Source: Gemmatimonadaceae bacterium (GTDB lineage: Bacteria; Gemmatimonadota; Gemmatimonadetes; Gemmatimonadales; Gemmatimonadaceae). Taken from it: a DNA stretch of 64,000 nucleotides. A program made the translations under genes and the position numbers. The notes under the pieces are model-generated. The model ran no database searches and was not told where the DNA came from. It worked only from the letters and a program-made list of their open reading frames with translations. Positions 1 through 9,160 of the stretch are shown here, piece by piece. Location of the stretch: NCBI GenBank assembly GCA_051859245.1, contig JBHYGA010000007.1, positions 32,001 through 96,000 on the forward strand, given 5' to 3'. Position 1 is the stretch's first letter. Each line of letters begins with the position of its first letter.

Positions 1-23
1 AGGAACCAACGGACGGTAGGCAT
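1..23 (-). CDS. 5' end of a gene running off the left edge (MPTVRWF...)
   Basis: Minus-strand ATG at 23 with GGAG 5 nt upstream; only 7 codons visible. Confidence 0.35.
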
Positions 24-193
24 GAGAACTCCGGAGAGGGAAGAGGGAACCCTCCGAAGTTCGCGCGATCAGGCGACGAATCGACCTGTCTACTGTATCG
101 CTCGCATGACGCTGTCGTCACGAACGCGGTGACCGCGCCAGCGCGTGATCGACTGTTCGTTCGCCTCAAGTAGTGTGTGTGAGCGGTGGCCGC

Positions 194-862
194 TCAATCC
201 AGGCGAATGAATCCTCGTCGAAGTGCGGTGGTCACCGCCTCTGTGCGATCGTGTACATCAAGTTTCTGCAGAATGTTCTTGAGGTGAACCTTCACGGTGC
301 CTTCGGTTCGCCCGATACGCGTCGCGACTTCTGCGTTGCTGAGACCATCAGCAACCAGTCGCAAGACTTCCAACTCGCGAGGCGTGAGACCAACACGCGG
401 CGTATGTTCGGCTAAACGCGCGGCCACTGGCGCTGGAATGCCGCGCAGTCCGCGATGCACCGTGCGCACAACGCCGAGCAAGTCGGTGCGCAGCATGTCC
501 TTGAGCAGATAACCACGCGCTCCGGCGGAAAGCGCTCGATGAATGTCTTCGTCACCGTCGTACGTGGTGAGGACAATGATGCGGGCGTTGGGATCCTCCG
601 CAAGGATCGCGCGCGTGGCCGCCAGTCCGTCCATGACCGGCATCCGCAGGTCCATCAGCACGATGTCGGGTCTCAAGCGTGAGTAGGCTTCGATCGCCTC
701 CTCGCCATTCGACGCTTCGGCGACAACTTGCAGGTCGCTCTCCGCGCGCAGCACGGCGGACAGTCCGTCGCGGATCAACGGATGGTCATCGGCGGTCAGC
801 ACCGTAATGGAAGCAGCCGAAGGATCGGTCACGATTGAATGATATTCCCAGGTCTCGGACAC
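194..862 (-). CDS. NarL/LuxR-family DNA-binding response regulator
   Basis: Receiver motifs ADDHPL, LMDLRMP, LTTY, YLLK; C-terminal LTPRELEVL...TVKVHLKNILQKL HTH; true start may be GTG at 832. Confidence 0.95.
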   Translation of the reverse strand: MSETWEYHSIVTDPSAASITVLTADDHPLIRDGLSAVLRAESDLQVVAEASNGEEAIEAYSRLRPDIVLMDLRMPVMDGLAATRAILAEDPNARIIVLTTYDGDEDIHRALSAGARGYLLKDMLRTDLLGVVRTVHRGLRGIPAPVAARLAEHTPRVGLTPRELEVLRLVADGLSNAEVATRIGRTEGTVKVHLKNILQKLDVHDRTEAVTTALRRGFIRLD

Positions 863-866
863 GGAA

Positions 867-882
867 TCCCTATTTCTAGGTA
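867..882. promoter_or_regulatory. Putative NarL-type 7-2-7 inverted repeat TCCCTAT-TT-CTAGGTA
   Basis: CCTA-N4-TAGG dyad in the short AT-rich gap between the divergent regulator and kinase. Confidence 0.4.
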
Positions 883-902
883 TTCGCCTTGGCTGCGTTG
901 GA

Positions 903-3900
903 GTGCATGATATTGTCGTGCCAGGACTGAGGATTTTTTGGCCGCTCCATTGCCCGTGGCGACGCGCGCGACCGCTCGCGGCGATTGGTGTGTGTGCATT
1001 TGCCAGCGTCGGCAGCGCGAGCGCTCAGTCGCAGACACCACCTCCACTACCGCTGGCACAGTATCACCATCAGTCCTGGAGTGAGCTTGAAGGCCTGAAG
1101 CCTGCGGTTCGTGAGCGTCTGCTGCGCAGCCCCGATGGATATCTCTGGCTGAGTGGTCCCGACGCGTTGGTTCGATTCGACGGCGTTCGCTTTACGAGCT
1201 TCGATGGAGCCACCACGCCCGAGCTTGCCAGCCCCGTGTCGGGATCGGTGTCGCCGCTGTTGGTCGCTCGCGATGGTGCAATGTGGATCTCGCGGCCTGA
1301 CGGTGCACTGGTCCAGTATCGTGACGGACGATTTCGCGAAGTCGTGAAGGCTCGAGGCGCCGGGTGGAGCGCCACATACATCGCCGAAGATCGTTCGGGC
1401 AACATCTGGGTCATGGTCTCCGCGCCGCACGGCTTGCACACGGTGTCAGGAGATTCGCTCGTGCCGGCGAACACGCCACCCGAGCTTCGACGCGCAGACA
1501 TGGGTGGTGTCATCGCCGATCGCGGCGACGGCGTGTGGTTCGGAATGCGAGACTTGCGCCTGGCGTATCTCTCGTCTCGCGGAGTAAAAGTCTTCTCGCC
1601 GCCGAGCACCGTCGGTATCGCGCGAGTGACACCGCTGCTGCAGTCAAGTGATGGAGCCGTGTGGGTGTTTGGTGACGGATTGCAGGTCCTGCGCGATGGC
1701 ACGTGGACCACCGTGTGGAGACCCGACGGAAGTCGCATCTTGCCCACGAGCGCTGCAGAAGATGCGAGCGGCGCCGTGTGGGTTGGTACACGTGGGCATG
1801 GCGTGTTGCGATTCCGGGGAGCCCTGCAGGAGCAGTTCTCAGAGGCGCACGCACTATCGGATGCGATGGTGCGAGCGATTCTCCCCGACGTCGAAGGCAA
1901 CCGTTGGCTGCTCACCGATGCCGGACTGGATCGTCTGCGCGAGGCGCCGTTTTCTTCCGTGGGCACCGCGCAAGGCATGCCAATCGAATCACCGCATTGG
2001 CTGGGTCTGGACTCGTTCGGCGCACTCTGGATGCGTACGTACCTGGAACCTGCGCTGTACGTCGTCAGCGGAGGTGCGGTGCGCGGCGAATCCGGATTGG
2101 TCACCTCTACGGTGCTGCCGGGGAGCGCGTCGCGGCGCTACGTCATTCACACTCGCGCACGCGAGGGGGGATTCTGGGTCTCCACGGAAGGGGCGTCACT
2201 CTGGCGGGCGACGCTCGGCGGTGTCTTTCCGGCTGGTCGAGGTGGAGGCCAGGCGGCGACTGCACCGTACGCCGTGCTGGAGGATGGCGCGGGCGCGCTG
2301 TGGGTCACCGATAGACGCTTGGGATTGACCCGGCGGTTTCGCGCAACGGAGACGCACTTCACACCTGCCGGCAACATTGCCGCGATGCCACCCCGCGTGC
2401 TGTTTGAGGACGACGTTGGCCGTGTTGTCGTATCGACACCGAGCGATACGAGCCTGCTTTACCTTCGCGGTGATTCGCTACTCCGACGCATCGGCCGCGC
2501 CAACGGCTTGCGCTGGCCGCTGCAACACGCGGTGAGCGACGGCAACGACACGCTGTGGGGCCACGCCGGTGACGGCGGGCTGATCCGAGTGATTGGTAGC
2601 TCGGTCACTCGCATCGACCATCCCGAGCTGAGTGCACTGCTCAAATCGAACAGCATCGCGATGCTCGCGGTCGGTGAGCGCTTCTTTATTGCGAGCACCT
2701 CCGGAATTACGAGTGTCCCACGTGCGGCGCTGCACCGAGCGGCCGATGGTCGGGGGCCATTGCCCACGTTGCGACGCTATTCGTCGCCTGATGGAGTGCG
2801 TTCCGGACGACTGACGACAATGAATCGAAGTCCTGCGGTCGTCTCAAGCGATGGACGTGTTTGGTTCAGTACGCCTGGCGGGCTCGTTGTCTTCGATGAG
2901 CGTTACGACGTGCCGAACCGGATCGCACCACACGTTCACATCGAAGAGCTGTTGGCGAACGGCGAGCGACTTGCCCTCGATTCGCTGGTACGCGTACCCG
3001 CGGGCAGTGCACCACTTGAGATTCGATTTACGGCGACCGCGCTGCGTATGCCGGAGCGTGCCAGGCTGGAGTTTCGTATGGACGGTGTCGATCCACAGTG
3101 GCGTACCGCTGACGCGACACGTCGCGTAACCTATCCACAGCTGCGCCCCAGGACGTACACCTTTCGAGTTCGTGCCTGGAACGAGGATGGTGTAGCCGCA
3201 GGCAAGGAAGCCTTTGTGCGACTGCGTGTGCTGCCGCTCTGGTTTCAGTCATCGTGGTTTCTCGTCTCAGCTGCGATCGCCGGGTTGGTGGCTATTGTGT
3301 TTGTGGTTGCGTTCACGCTGCGTGACAAACAACGACGTGCTGCAGAGAGGCTGGCGGCACGGTTCGAAGCGACACTCACCGAACGCACGCGCGTCGCGGG
3401 CGAACTACACGACACCTTGTTGCAGGGCTTCACGGGCATCACGCTGCAACTGCAGGCGCTACGCAGCCGGATGGTGAGCGCCCCCGATCAGGCCGAGCGC
3501 GAACTCGGTCGCGTACTGACGGTCGCTGACCACACGTTGCGTGAGGCGCGATCGATGGTGTGGGATATGCGGGCGCCAGAGCTCGATGGGCAAGACGTGG
3601 CTGCCGCGCTCGAAAACGCGACGCGTGAGGCTCACGCGGCACACCGACTCGGTGGCGGCGCGCCGGTGGAGTTACAGGTCACAATACGTGGGGCACGGAG
3701 GCGTGTCTCGCCCACCTCCGAAACAACGGCGCTCCGGATCGGCCGTGAGGCGGTCACGAATGCGCTGCGACACGCTCGGGCAACGCGTATTGATGTGCAA
3801 ATCGACTTTGACGCAGAGTCGTTGCGCGTGAGCGTCGTGGACAACGGCATGGGCTTCGACGTGGCGGAGTCGCAACCGGCAGCAGGCGTCGGACACTGGG

Positions 3901-4007
3901 GATTGATCGGCATGCAGGAACGCGCTCGACGCGCCTCAGGCTCCGTGAGCGTCACGAGCAGTGTTGGCGCGGGCACTTCCGTCGACGTGCGATTGCCCGT
4001 CAGCTGA
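903..4007 (+). CDS. Sensor histidine kinase with periplasmic beta-propeller repeats, Y_Y_Y domain, TM helix and HisKA_3/HATPase
   Basis: Repeated D-x-x-G-x-L/V-W propeller blades; YPQLRPRTYTFRVRA; H-box ERTRVAGELHDTLLQG; EAVTNALRHA, DNGMGF, GLIGMQERA; start uncertain. Confidence 0.92.
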   Translation: MHDIVVPGLRIFWPLHCPWRRARPLAAIGVCAFASVGSASAQSQTPPPLPLAQYHHQSWSELEGLKPAVRERLLRSPDGYLWLSGPDALVRFDGVRFTSFDGATTPELASPVSGSVSPLLVARDGAMWISRPDGALVQYRDGRFREVVKARGAGWSATYIAEDRSGNIWVMVSAPHGLHTVSGDSLVPANTPPELRRADMGGVIADRGDGVWFGMRDLRLAYLSSRGVKVFSPPSTVGIARVTPLLQSSDGAVWVFGDGLQVLRDGTWTTVWRPDGSRILPTSAAEDASGAVWVGTRGHGVLRFRGALQEQFSEAHALSDAMVRAILPDVEGNRWLLTDAGLDRLREAPFSSVGTAQGMPIESPHWLGLDSFGALWMRTYLEPALYVVSGGAVRGESGLVTSTVLPGSASRRYVIHTRAREGGFWVSTEGASLWRATLGGVFPAGRGGGQAATAPYAVLEDGAGALWVTDRRLGLTRRFRATETHFTPAGNIAAMPPRVLFEDDVGRVVVSTPSDTSLLYLRGDSLLRRIGRANGLRWPLQHAVSDGNDTLWGHAGDGGLIRVIGSSVTRIDHPELSALLKSNSIAMLAVGERFFIASTSGITSVPRAALHRAADGRGPLPTLRRYSSPDGVRSGRLTTMNRSPAVVSSDGRVWFSTPGGLVVFDERYDVPNRIAPHVHIEELLANGERLALDSLVRVPAGSAPLEIRFTATALRMPERARLEFRMDGVDPQWRTADATRRVTYPQLRPRTYTFRVRAWNEDGVAAGKEAFVRLRVLPLWFQSSWFLVSAAIAGLVAIVFVVAFTLRDKQRRAAERLAARFEATLTERTRVAGELHDTLLQGFTGITLQLQALRSRMVSAPDQAERELGRVLTVADHTLREARSMVWDMRAPELDGQDVAAALENATREAHAAHRLGGGAPVELQVTIRGARRRVSPTSETTALRIGREAVTNALRHARATRIDVQIDFDAESLRVSVVDNGMGFDVAESQPAAGVGHWGLIGMQERARRASGSVSVTSSVGAGTSVDVRLPVS

Positions 4008-4196
4008 GTGGCAGCTGTAACCCTTTGTTTCGACCGAGCGGATCACGGGCACGTCGAAGACCAGTGCCGCTTTGGCCAACGTGATGTTTGCATCGATGAT
4101 CGCGTGCCGGTCCGAACCCGCGACACCAAAGAGCATCTGTGGCTGGATGTCGATGAGCAGTCCCTTTTAGCTGAGAGTCGGTCACGGCGTTGTCAT
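4008..4196 (-). pseudogene. Degraded 5' remnant of a YcaC-like isochorismatase-family hydrolase
   Basis: Single frame reads MTTP*PTLS*KGLLIDIQPQMLFGVAGSDRHAII..LAKAALVFDVPVI..VETKGYS; two in-frame stops; similarity ends at the kinase stop codon. Confidence 0.75.
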
Positions 4197-4299
4197 TGAT
4201 GTGTGCATCATGCGGTGCAACGCATCATGCGGTGCGGAGTGCACGCACAAGCGGTGGTCGTCTGGCGCGCACAGCATCTGGAGATCGGAGACTCTTTGC

Positions 4300-4314
4300 C
4301 TAACCCGTTCGAGG
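4300..4314. promoter_or_regulatory. Putative regulator site CTAACCCGTTCGAGG (copy 1)
   Basis: 14/15 identical to 8979-8993; both lie upstream of hydrolase genes. Confidence 0.5.
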
Positions 4315-4444
4315 CACTTGAGTCGACCCTACCGAATCCGGTGTAGCGGAAGACTCCCCGACGGTCAGATGTGTGCACGTGATAGCGGGCGTATCGTGGC
4401 CGCACACGTTGGTTTCACGCCTCACGCCGCACGCAGGAGCGCAC

Positions 4445-5290
4445 ATGAGTCACACGGTGGAGCACACATCAGGCAGTTTGATCACCATGAGAGACGGCAC
4501 GCAGATCTACTACAAGGACTGGGGTGCAGGTCAACCCGTCGTCTTCTGTCACGGCTGGCCACTGAACTCGGATAGCTGGGAAGCCCAGATGTTGTTCATC
4601 GCGAGTCACGGATTTCGAGCGATTGCGCACGACCGACGCGGTCACGGCCGATCCTCGCAGCCATGGCACGGTAACGAGATGGACACCTATGCCGACGACC
4701 TCGCGCAGGTGCTTGATACGCTCGACGTGCGCGATGCGGTGTTGGTCGGCTTCTCCACGGGCGGCGGTGAGGTCGCGCGGTACATCGGACGTCACGGAAC
4801 CTCGCGCGTTGCGAAGGTGGTGCTCGTAAGTGCGGTGCCGCCGCTGATGCTGCAGACCGCAGCGAATCCCGGTGGTCTTCCGATTGCTGTGTTCGACGGT
4901 ATCCGCGCTGGCGTGACAGCGGATCGCAGTCAGTTCTACAAAGACGTCAGTGCGGCCTTCTACGGAGCGAATCGAACGGAAACGCGCGCCACGCAGGGCA
5001 TGCGCGACGCATTCTGGCTCCAGGGAATGCAGTCGGGGCACAAGGCGCAGCTCGACTGCATCAAGGCCTTCTCCGAAACCGATTTCACTGAAGACCTGAA
5101 GCGGTTCGATGTGCCCACACTGATCATTCACGGTGACGACGATCAGATCGTGCCGATCGGTGCCGCTGCGCTCAAAAGTGCGCAGCTCGTGAAGCACGCG
5201 ACACTCAAAGTGTACGCTGGTGCACCGCACGGAATCACGGACACGCACAAAAACGAACTCTGTCAGGATTTGCTCGAGTTCTTGCGCTGA
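4445..5290 (+). CDS. cpo: Non-heme chloroperoxidase-like alpha/beta hydrolase (perhydrolase/arylesterase)
   Basis: [32 protein letters not shown], nucleophile [29 protein letters not shown] before ATG 4445. Confidence 0.92.
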   Translation: MSHTVEHTSGSLITMRDGTQIYYKDWGAGQPVVFCHGWPLNSDSWEAQMLFIASHGFRAIAHDRRGHGRSSQPWHGNEMDTYADDLAQVLDTLDVRDAVLVGFSTGGGEVARYIGRHGTSRVAKVVLVSAVPPLMLQTAANPGGLPIAVFDGIRAGVTADRSQFYKDVSAAFYGANRTETRATQGMRDAFWLQGMQSGHKAQLDCIKAFSETDFTEDLKRFDVPTLIIHGDDDQIVPIGAAALKSAQLVKHATLKVYAGAPHGITDTHKNELCQDLLEFLR

Positions 5291-5346
5291 GCAGGTAGAT
5301 GTTGGAAACGAGGCACATCCTGCAACTTCAATTCACGAGGCTTCAA

Positions 5347-6144
5347 ATGTCGAATAGCATCCTGGCTCGAGTTGTGCTCATCGCTGCTGTGCTCGTAACG
5401 GCCACGTCCGCACACGCACAACCCTCGGCTCGCAGCAACTCTACGCAATCCAACTCGGCAAAACCTTCAATCGTACTCGTGCACGGCGCGTTCGCTGACG
5501 CGTCAGGTTGGGAGCCCGTCATTCGGATCCTGCAGAGCAAAGGATACAACGTCACGGCGGTACAGAATCCATTGAGTGCGTACGCCGCCGACATCGAGAC
5601 AACAAAACGCGTACTCGACGCACAATCAGGTCCTATCGTTGCAGTGGGGCATTCGTATGGCGGCGCGGTGATCACAGGCGCGGCAGCCGGCAATGCAAAC
5701 GTGAAAGCACTCGTGTATGTCGCCGCATTTGCGAACGACGCGAACGAACCGATCGGCGCATTCATTGAAAAGTATCCCTCGCTGCTCGGGCACGCGTTGC
5801 GTCCCGACGCCGCCGGCTTCGTAACGATTGACCGCGCACAGTTCCACGACGTCTTTGCCAAGGACCTGCCGCGCGCGCAGACCAGCGTGATGGCCGCCAC
5901 ACAGAAGCCGGTAATCGGTTCCGGATTCGGTGCCTCAACCCCCGTAGCCGCGTGGCGCACAAAGCCTTCGTGGTACGTCGTTGCTCAGGAGGACAACGTG
6001 ATCAATCCCGAGCTCTCACGTTTCTACGCCAAGCGTATGGGTGCAACCATCACCGAGATCAAATCAAGCCATGTGGTATTCATCTCGCACGCGAGAGAAG
6101 TGGCGGCGGTGATTGAGGAAGCCGCTGCGGCGGCGCAGCGTTGA
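5347..6144 (+). CDS. Secreted alpha/beta hydrolase
   Basis: Signal peptide ending SAHA; IVLVHGAFADASGW, GHSYGG, SSHVVFISH. Confidence 0.9.
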   Translation: MSNSILARVVLIAAVLVTATSAHAQPSARSNSTQSNSAKPSIVLVHGAFADASGWEPVIRILQSKGYNVTAVQNPLSAYAADIETTKRVLDAQSGPIVAVGHSYGGAVITGAAAGNANVKALVYVAAFANDANEPIGAFIEKYPSLLGHALRPDAAGFVTIDRAQFHDVFAKDLPRAQTSVMAATQKPVIGSGFGASTPVAAWRTKPSWYVVAQEDNVINPELSRFYAKRMGATITEIKSSHVVFISHAREVAAVIEEAAAAAQR

Positions 6145-6146
6145 TC

Positions 6147-7178
6147 ATGACACCGCGTCAATCCGGATCCTCGGCGCCGGCATTTTCCCTGCCTGCGTCG
6201 GGAGGATCAGACGAAGCGATCACCTTGTCACTCGGCGACTATCGGGGACGACCGCTCGTGATCGCGTTCTATCCTGCCGACTGGAGCCCCGTGTGTGGCG
6301 ATCAGATGGCGCTCTACAATCAGATCCTTCCAGAGTTTCAGCGGTACGGCGCAGAACTCGTCGGTGTCTCTGTGGACGGACCCTACTGTCACCAGGCCTT
6401 CGCCGAGAACCGTCGGCTTCGTTTCCCGTTACTCTCCGACTTCGAACCAAAGGGACAAATGGCGAGAGACTACGGCGTGTATCGCGCTGCAGACGGCACC
6501 TCGGAGCGCGCTCTTTTCGTGATCGACGCGGACGGTGTGATTCGATGGAGCTACGTGTCGCCCGTGGACATCAATCCCGGCGCGGACCATATACTCCGGG
6601 AACTGTCTGCGCTAGCCCAGCCAGAGATCGAAACGGTGGCGCAGGCAACGATCAGCGAAGCACCTGCTGGGGTAGTCACGCTGATTGAATACGGCGATTA
6701 GAAGTGTCCGCATTGTCGTCGAGCGCATCCAATCGTTCAGAACCTGCGCAACCGCTTTGGTGATCCGCTGCACTTTGAGTTCCGCAACTTTCCGCTCTCG
6801 CAGATCCACTCACACGCTGAGCACGCGGCCGAGGCAGCCGTAAGCGTTCGAACACACGCCGGAATGATTGCATTTGAGCGGATGCACGACGCGATTTTTG
6901 CACACCAGCGAGACGGTGCAGATTCTTTGGACGACGCGAGCTTGGCGCGCTACGCCGCGGAAAGTGGAGCAAGTTCGGAGCAAACTGCGGCCGACCTGCG
7001 AAGCGGCGCGTTTACGGCCTCGGTGCGCGCGGAGTTTATGGAGGGCGTACGTAGCGGCGTGAACGGTACGCCCACCTTCTTTATAGACGGTGAACGTTTC
7101 GACGGCGACTGGCGGAATACCGAGTTGCTCGCTGGAGTGATCACGAGCGCGTTGCACGCTACACCGACTCGCGTGTGA
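6147..7178 (+). pseudogene. Peroxiredoxin (AhpC/TSA, AhpE-like)-DsbA-family fusion interrupted by one in-frame TAG at 6699-6701
   Basis: FYPADWSPVC peroxidatic motif and ERALFVID; same frame continues EYGD*KCPHC...FRNFPL...GVNGTPTFFIDG to TGA 7178. The Prx part (6147-6701) may still be expressed. Confidence 0.8.
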
Positions 7179-7200
7179 TACTTGAGCAGGCTCGGCGTGC

Positions 7201-8022
7201 CTATACGGTAAACTCCGTGGGCACGCCGGGCGCAATCCATCGCAACGCGCGCCGCAGCGCTTCGGCGTTTCGTGCTTGCGCAACTTCTGTTTCGATCGCG
7301 AGCCGTCCCTCGTGGAAGTGCGACCACCCCTCGTAGTGCAGGGGAATCACGGTTCGCGGTCGGATTGACTCACACAGCTCGGCCGCTTCACGCGCGTTGA
7401 GCGTGTAGCGAAGTGGGCCAGTGAGTGGGAACCGCACACCGCCCAAATGCAGAATTGCGGTACCAATCTGCAAACGGCTCGAGACCTGACGAACGCCGGA
7501 GTACAGTACGGTATCTCCAGAGATCCAAACTGCGCCGTGCTGTTGCCCCTCCCATGCGAGCGAAAAGCCAATGACGTCGCCGGAGATCAGATGTCCGATG
7601 GGCGGGCCATGTCGACACGGTGTGGCGGTGATTTCAATTGGTGTAGCGCCGGGCTTTTCGAGGCGCGTTGTGCGCCACGGTGCGAGCCCTCGTGCATTGG
7701 CGGAGCGACGCAGGCGGTGGGCGCCCGATTCTGTTGTCACGACAACTACCGCACTGGGCAAGAGCGCACGACCGGCATCATCGAGATTGTCGGCGTGCTG
7801 ATCGTGCGAGAGAAGCACTGCATCAATATCGCCAAGATCGCGAGCGGCAATCGCGGGTCCTGACAGCTTTTGCGACGACGTGCCGAGCGCGAAGGGATAT
7901 CTGCGCCCCGGCGCGTCGAAGGTGGGGTCGGTCAGCAGCCGCCACGGTCCGACCTCAATCAGCGCGGTCGGACCGCCAATGTGCGTGATGCACATTGTGC
8001 TGGCGGTGCCGTGGGCAGACAT
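7201..8022 (-). CDS. Metallo-beta-lactamase-fold hydrolase (UlaG-like)
   Basis: THIGGPTALIE, LLTDPTFD, SHDQHADNLD, ISGDT, PLHYEGWSHF. Confidence 0.9.
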   Translation of the reverse strand: MSAHGTASTMCITHIGGPTALIEVGPWRLLTDPTFDAPGRRYPFALGTSSQKLSGPAIAARDLGDIDAVLLSHDQHADNLDDAGRALLPSAVVVVTTESGAHRLRRSANARGLAPWRTTRLEKPGATPIEITATPCRHGPPIGHLISGDVIGFSLAWEGQQHGAVWISGDTVLYSGVRQVSSRLQIGTAILHLGGVRFPLTGPLRYTLNAREAAELCESIRPRTVIPLHYEGWSHFHEGRLAIETEVAQARNAEALRRALRWIAPGVPTEFTV

Positions 8023-8038
8023 GCTCACGGCACGCGTC

Positions 8039-8887
8039 TCACACGCCTGCTTGTTCGCGCGCGCGCGTGACCGATCCGGTCGCGTGCCGCTCCGCCCAGT
8101 CGAGCGCGAAGTCCGCCACTTTCTCCCAACCGGTTTGCGCAGGCAGAAGGTGCGAGAAACCCGCAAATTGCTTCACTTCGGTGATTGTGTTCGGTGATTT
8201 GTAGTGCGCTGCATTCGAGCGCTGCACCGCAGGCGGCATCAGGTTGTCCTTCTCGCCGGAGATAAAAAGCAACGGTGCGCGCTTGTCGTTGTGGTAATCG
8301 ACCCACGTTTCCTGATGACCAGGAATAACGTTCGCGAGAATGCTTCCGAACAGCACGTGCCCGGACGCGGGGACATGATATCGCGTGTACACAGCGCGCG
8401 ACTCTTCCTCAGTGAAGGTATTGGTGAACGCGTAGTGCCACTGATCGTGTGTGAACCCCACCGCGCGATTGTAGTTGGCCGGGTTCTTGAGCACGGGGAA
8501 CGTGGCCTTGAGCTGTGTAAGTGGTGCGACAATCACTCCCTCGGTAGGTGCGGAATTGATCGCAACGCCGGCCGCTCCCCAACCCTTGTCAAGCAACAGC
8601 TGTACCATCACCCCGCCCGCCGAGTGACCGATCAGAATGGGTGGTGCGTCCAGCTTGCGAATGATTCCTTCAAGGCGCGCAATGATTTCTGGCACCTTGA
8701 GCGACTGGATTGCGGACGAGTCAGCATTCAGCGCTTCGACCTCCACATCGAACCCAGGATACGCGGGCGCGATCACATCGTAGCCTCGCGCCTCATAGTA
8801 CGGAATCCAGTGCTCCCACGAACGTGGCGTCACCCAGAAGCCGTGAATCAATACGATCGTTTTCTTTCCGGATCCATTCGTACGCAT
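8039..8887 (-). CDS. Alpha/beta hydrolase
   Basis: IVLIHGFWVTPRSWEHW, GHSAGG, SGEKD, FSHLL; AGGAG RBS before ATG 8887. Confidence 0.9.
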   Translation of the reverse strand: MRTNGSGKKTIVLIHGFWVTPRSWEHWIPYYEARGYDVIAPAYPGFDVEVEALNADSSAIQSLKVPEIIARLEGIIRKLDAPPILIGHSAGGVMVQLLLDKGWGAAGVAINSAPTEGVIVAPLTQLKATFPVLKNPANYNRAVGFTHDQWHYAFTNTFTEEESRAVYTRYHVPASGHVLFGSILANVIPGHQETWVDYHNDKRAPLLFISGEKDNLMPPAVQRSNAAHYKSPNTITEVKQFAGFSHLLPAQTGWEKVADFALDWAERHATGSVTRAREQAGV

Positions 8888-8956
8888 GGCGCTACTCCTG
8901 TTTGGTTGTGGTCGGGATTGCGCACAACCATACGGCGCGCCGGTTCGTACTCGCAT

Positions 8957-9139
8957 CTACTGGTCGAGGATTCTTCTGCTAACCCGTTCGGGGGATGCTG
9001 TCGTGCGGCACCCGAGCGGTGTGTCACAACCAACATCCGCCGTTTGCATTGCGCCGATACCTGCCACGGCGCCGGTGATCGCGCCGATGATCAGCCCGCG
9101 CTTGATTGGCGAAGCGCCCTGGGCGGGCAAAACGCGCAT
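8957..9139 (-). CDS. Small glycine-rich hydrophobic protein or gene fragment
   Basis: GGAGAGG RBS; GLIIGAITGAVAGIG glycine-zipper-like helix; 3' end runs over the putative regulatory site. Confidence 0.3.
   Translation of the reverse strand: MRVLPAQGASPIKRGLIIGAITGAVAGIGAMQTADVGCDTPLGCRTTASPERVSRRILDQ
8979..8993. promoter_or_regulatory. Putative regulator site CTAACCCGTTCGGGG (copy 2)
   Basis: Part of the 7-2-7 dyad TAACCCG-TT-CGGGGGA; near-identical to 4300-4314. Confidence 0.5.
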
Positions 9140-9160
9140 CCCGCCTCTCCCTGCAGATAA

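Noticed and set aside
6699..6760. Selenocysteine or pyrrolysine recoding at the in-frame stop
   Set aside because: The codon is TAG at a Tyr/Phe position, not TGA at a Cys position. I saw no convincing downstream recoding hairpin and no pyl genes.
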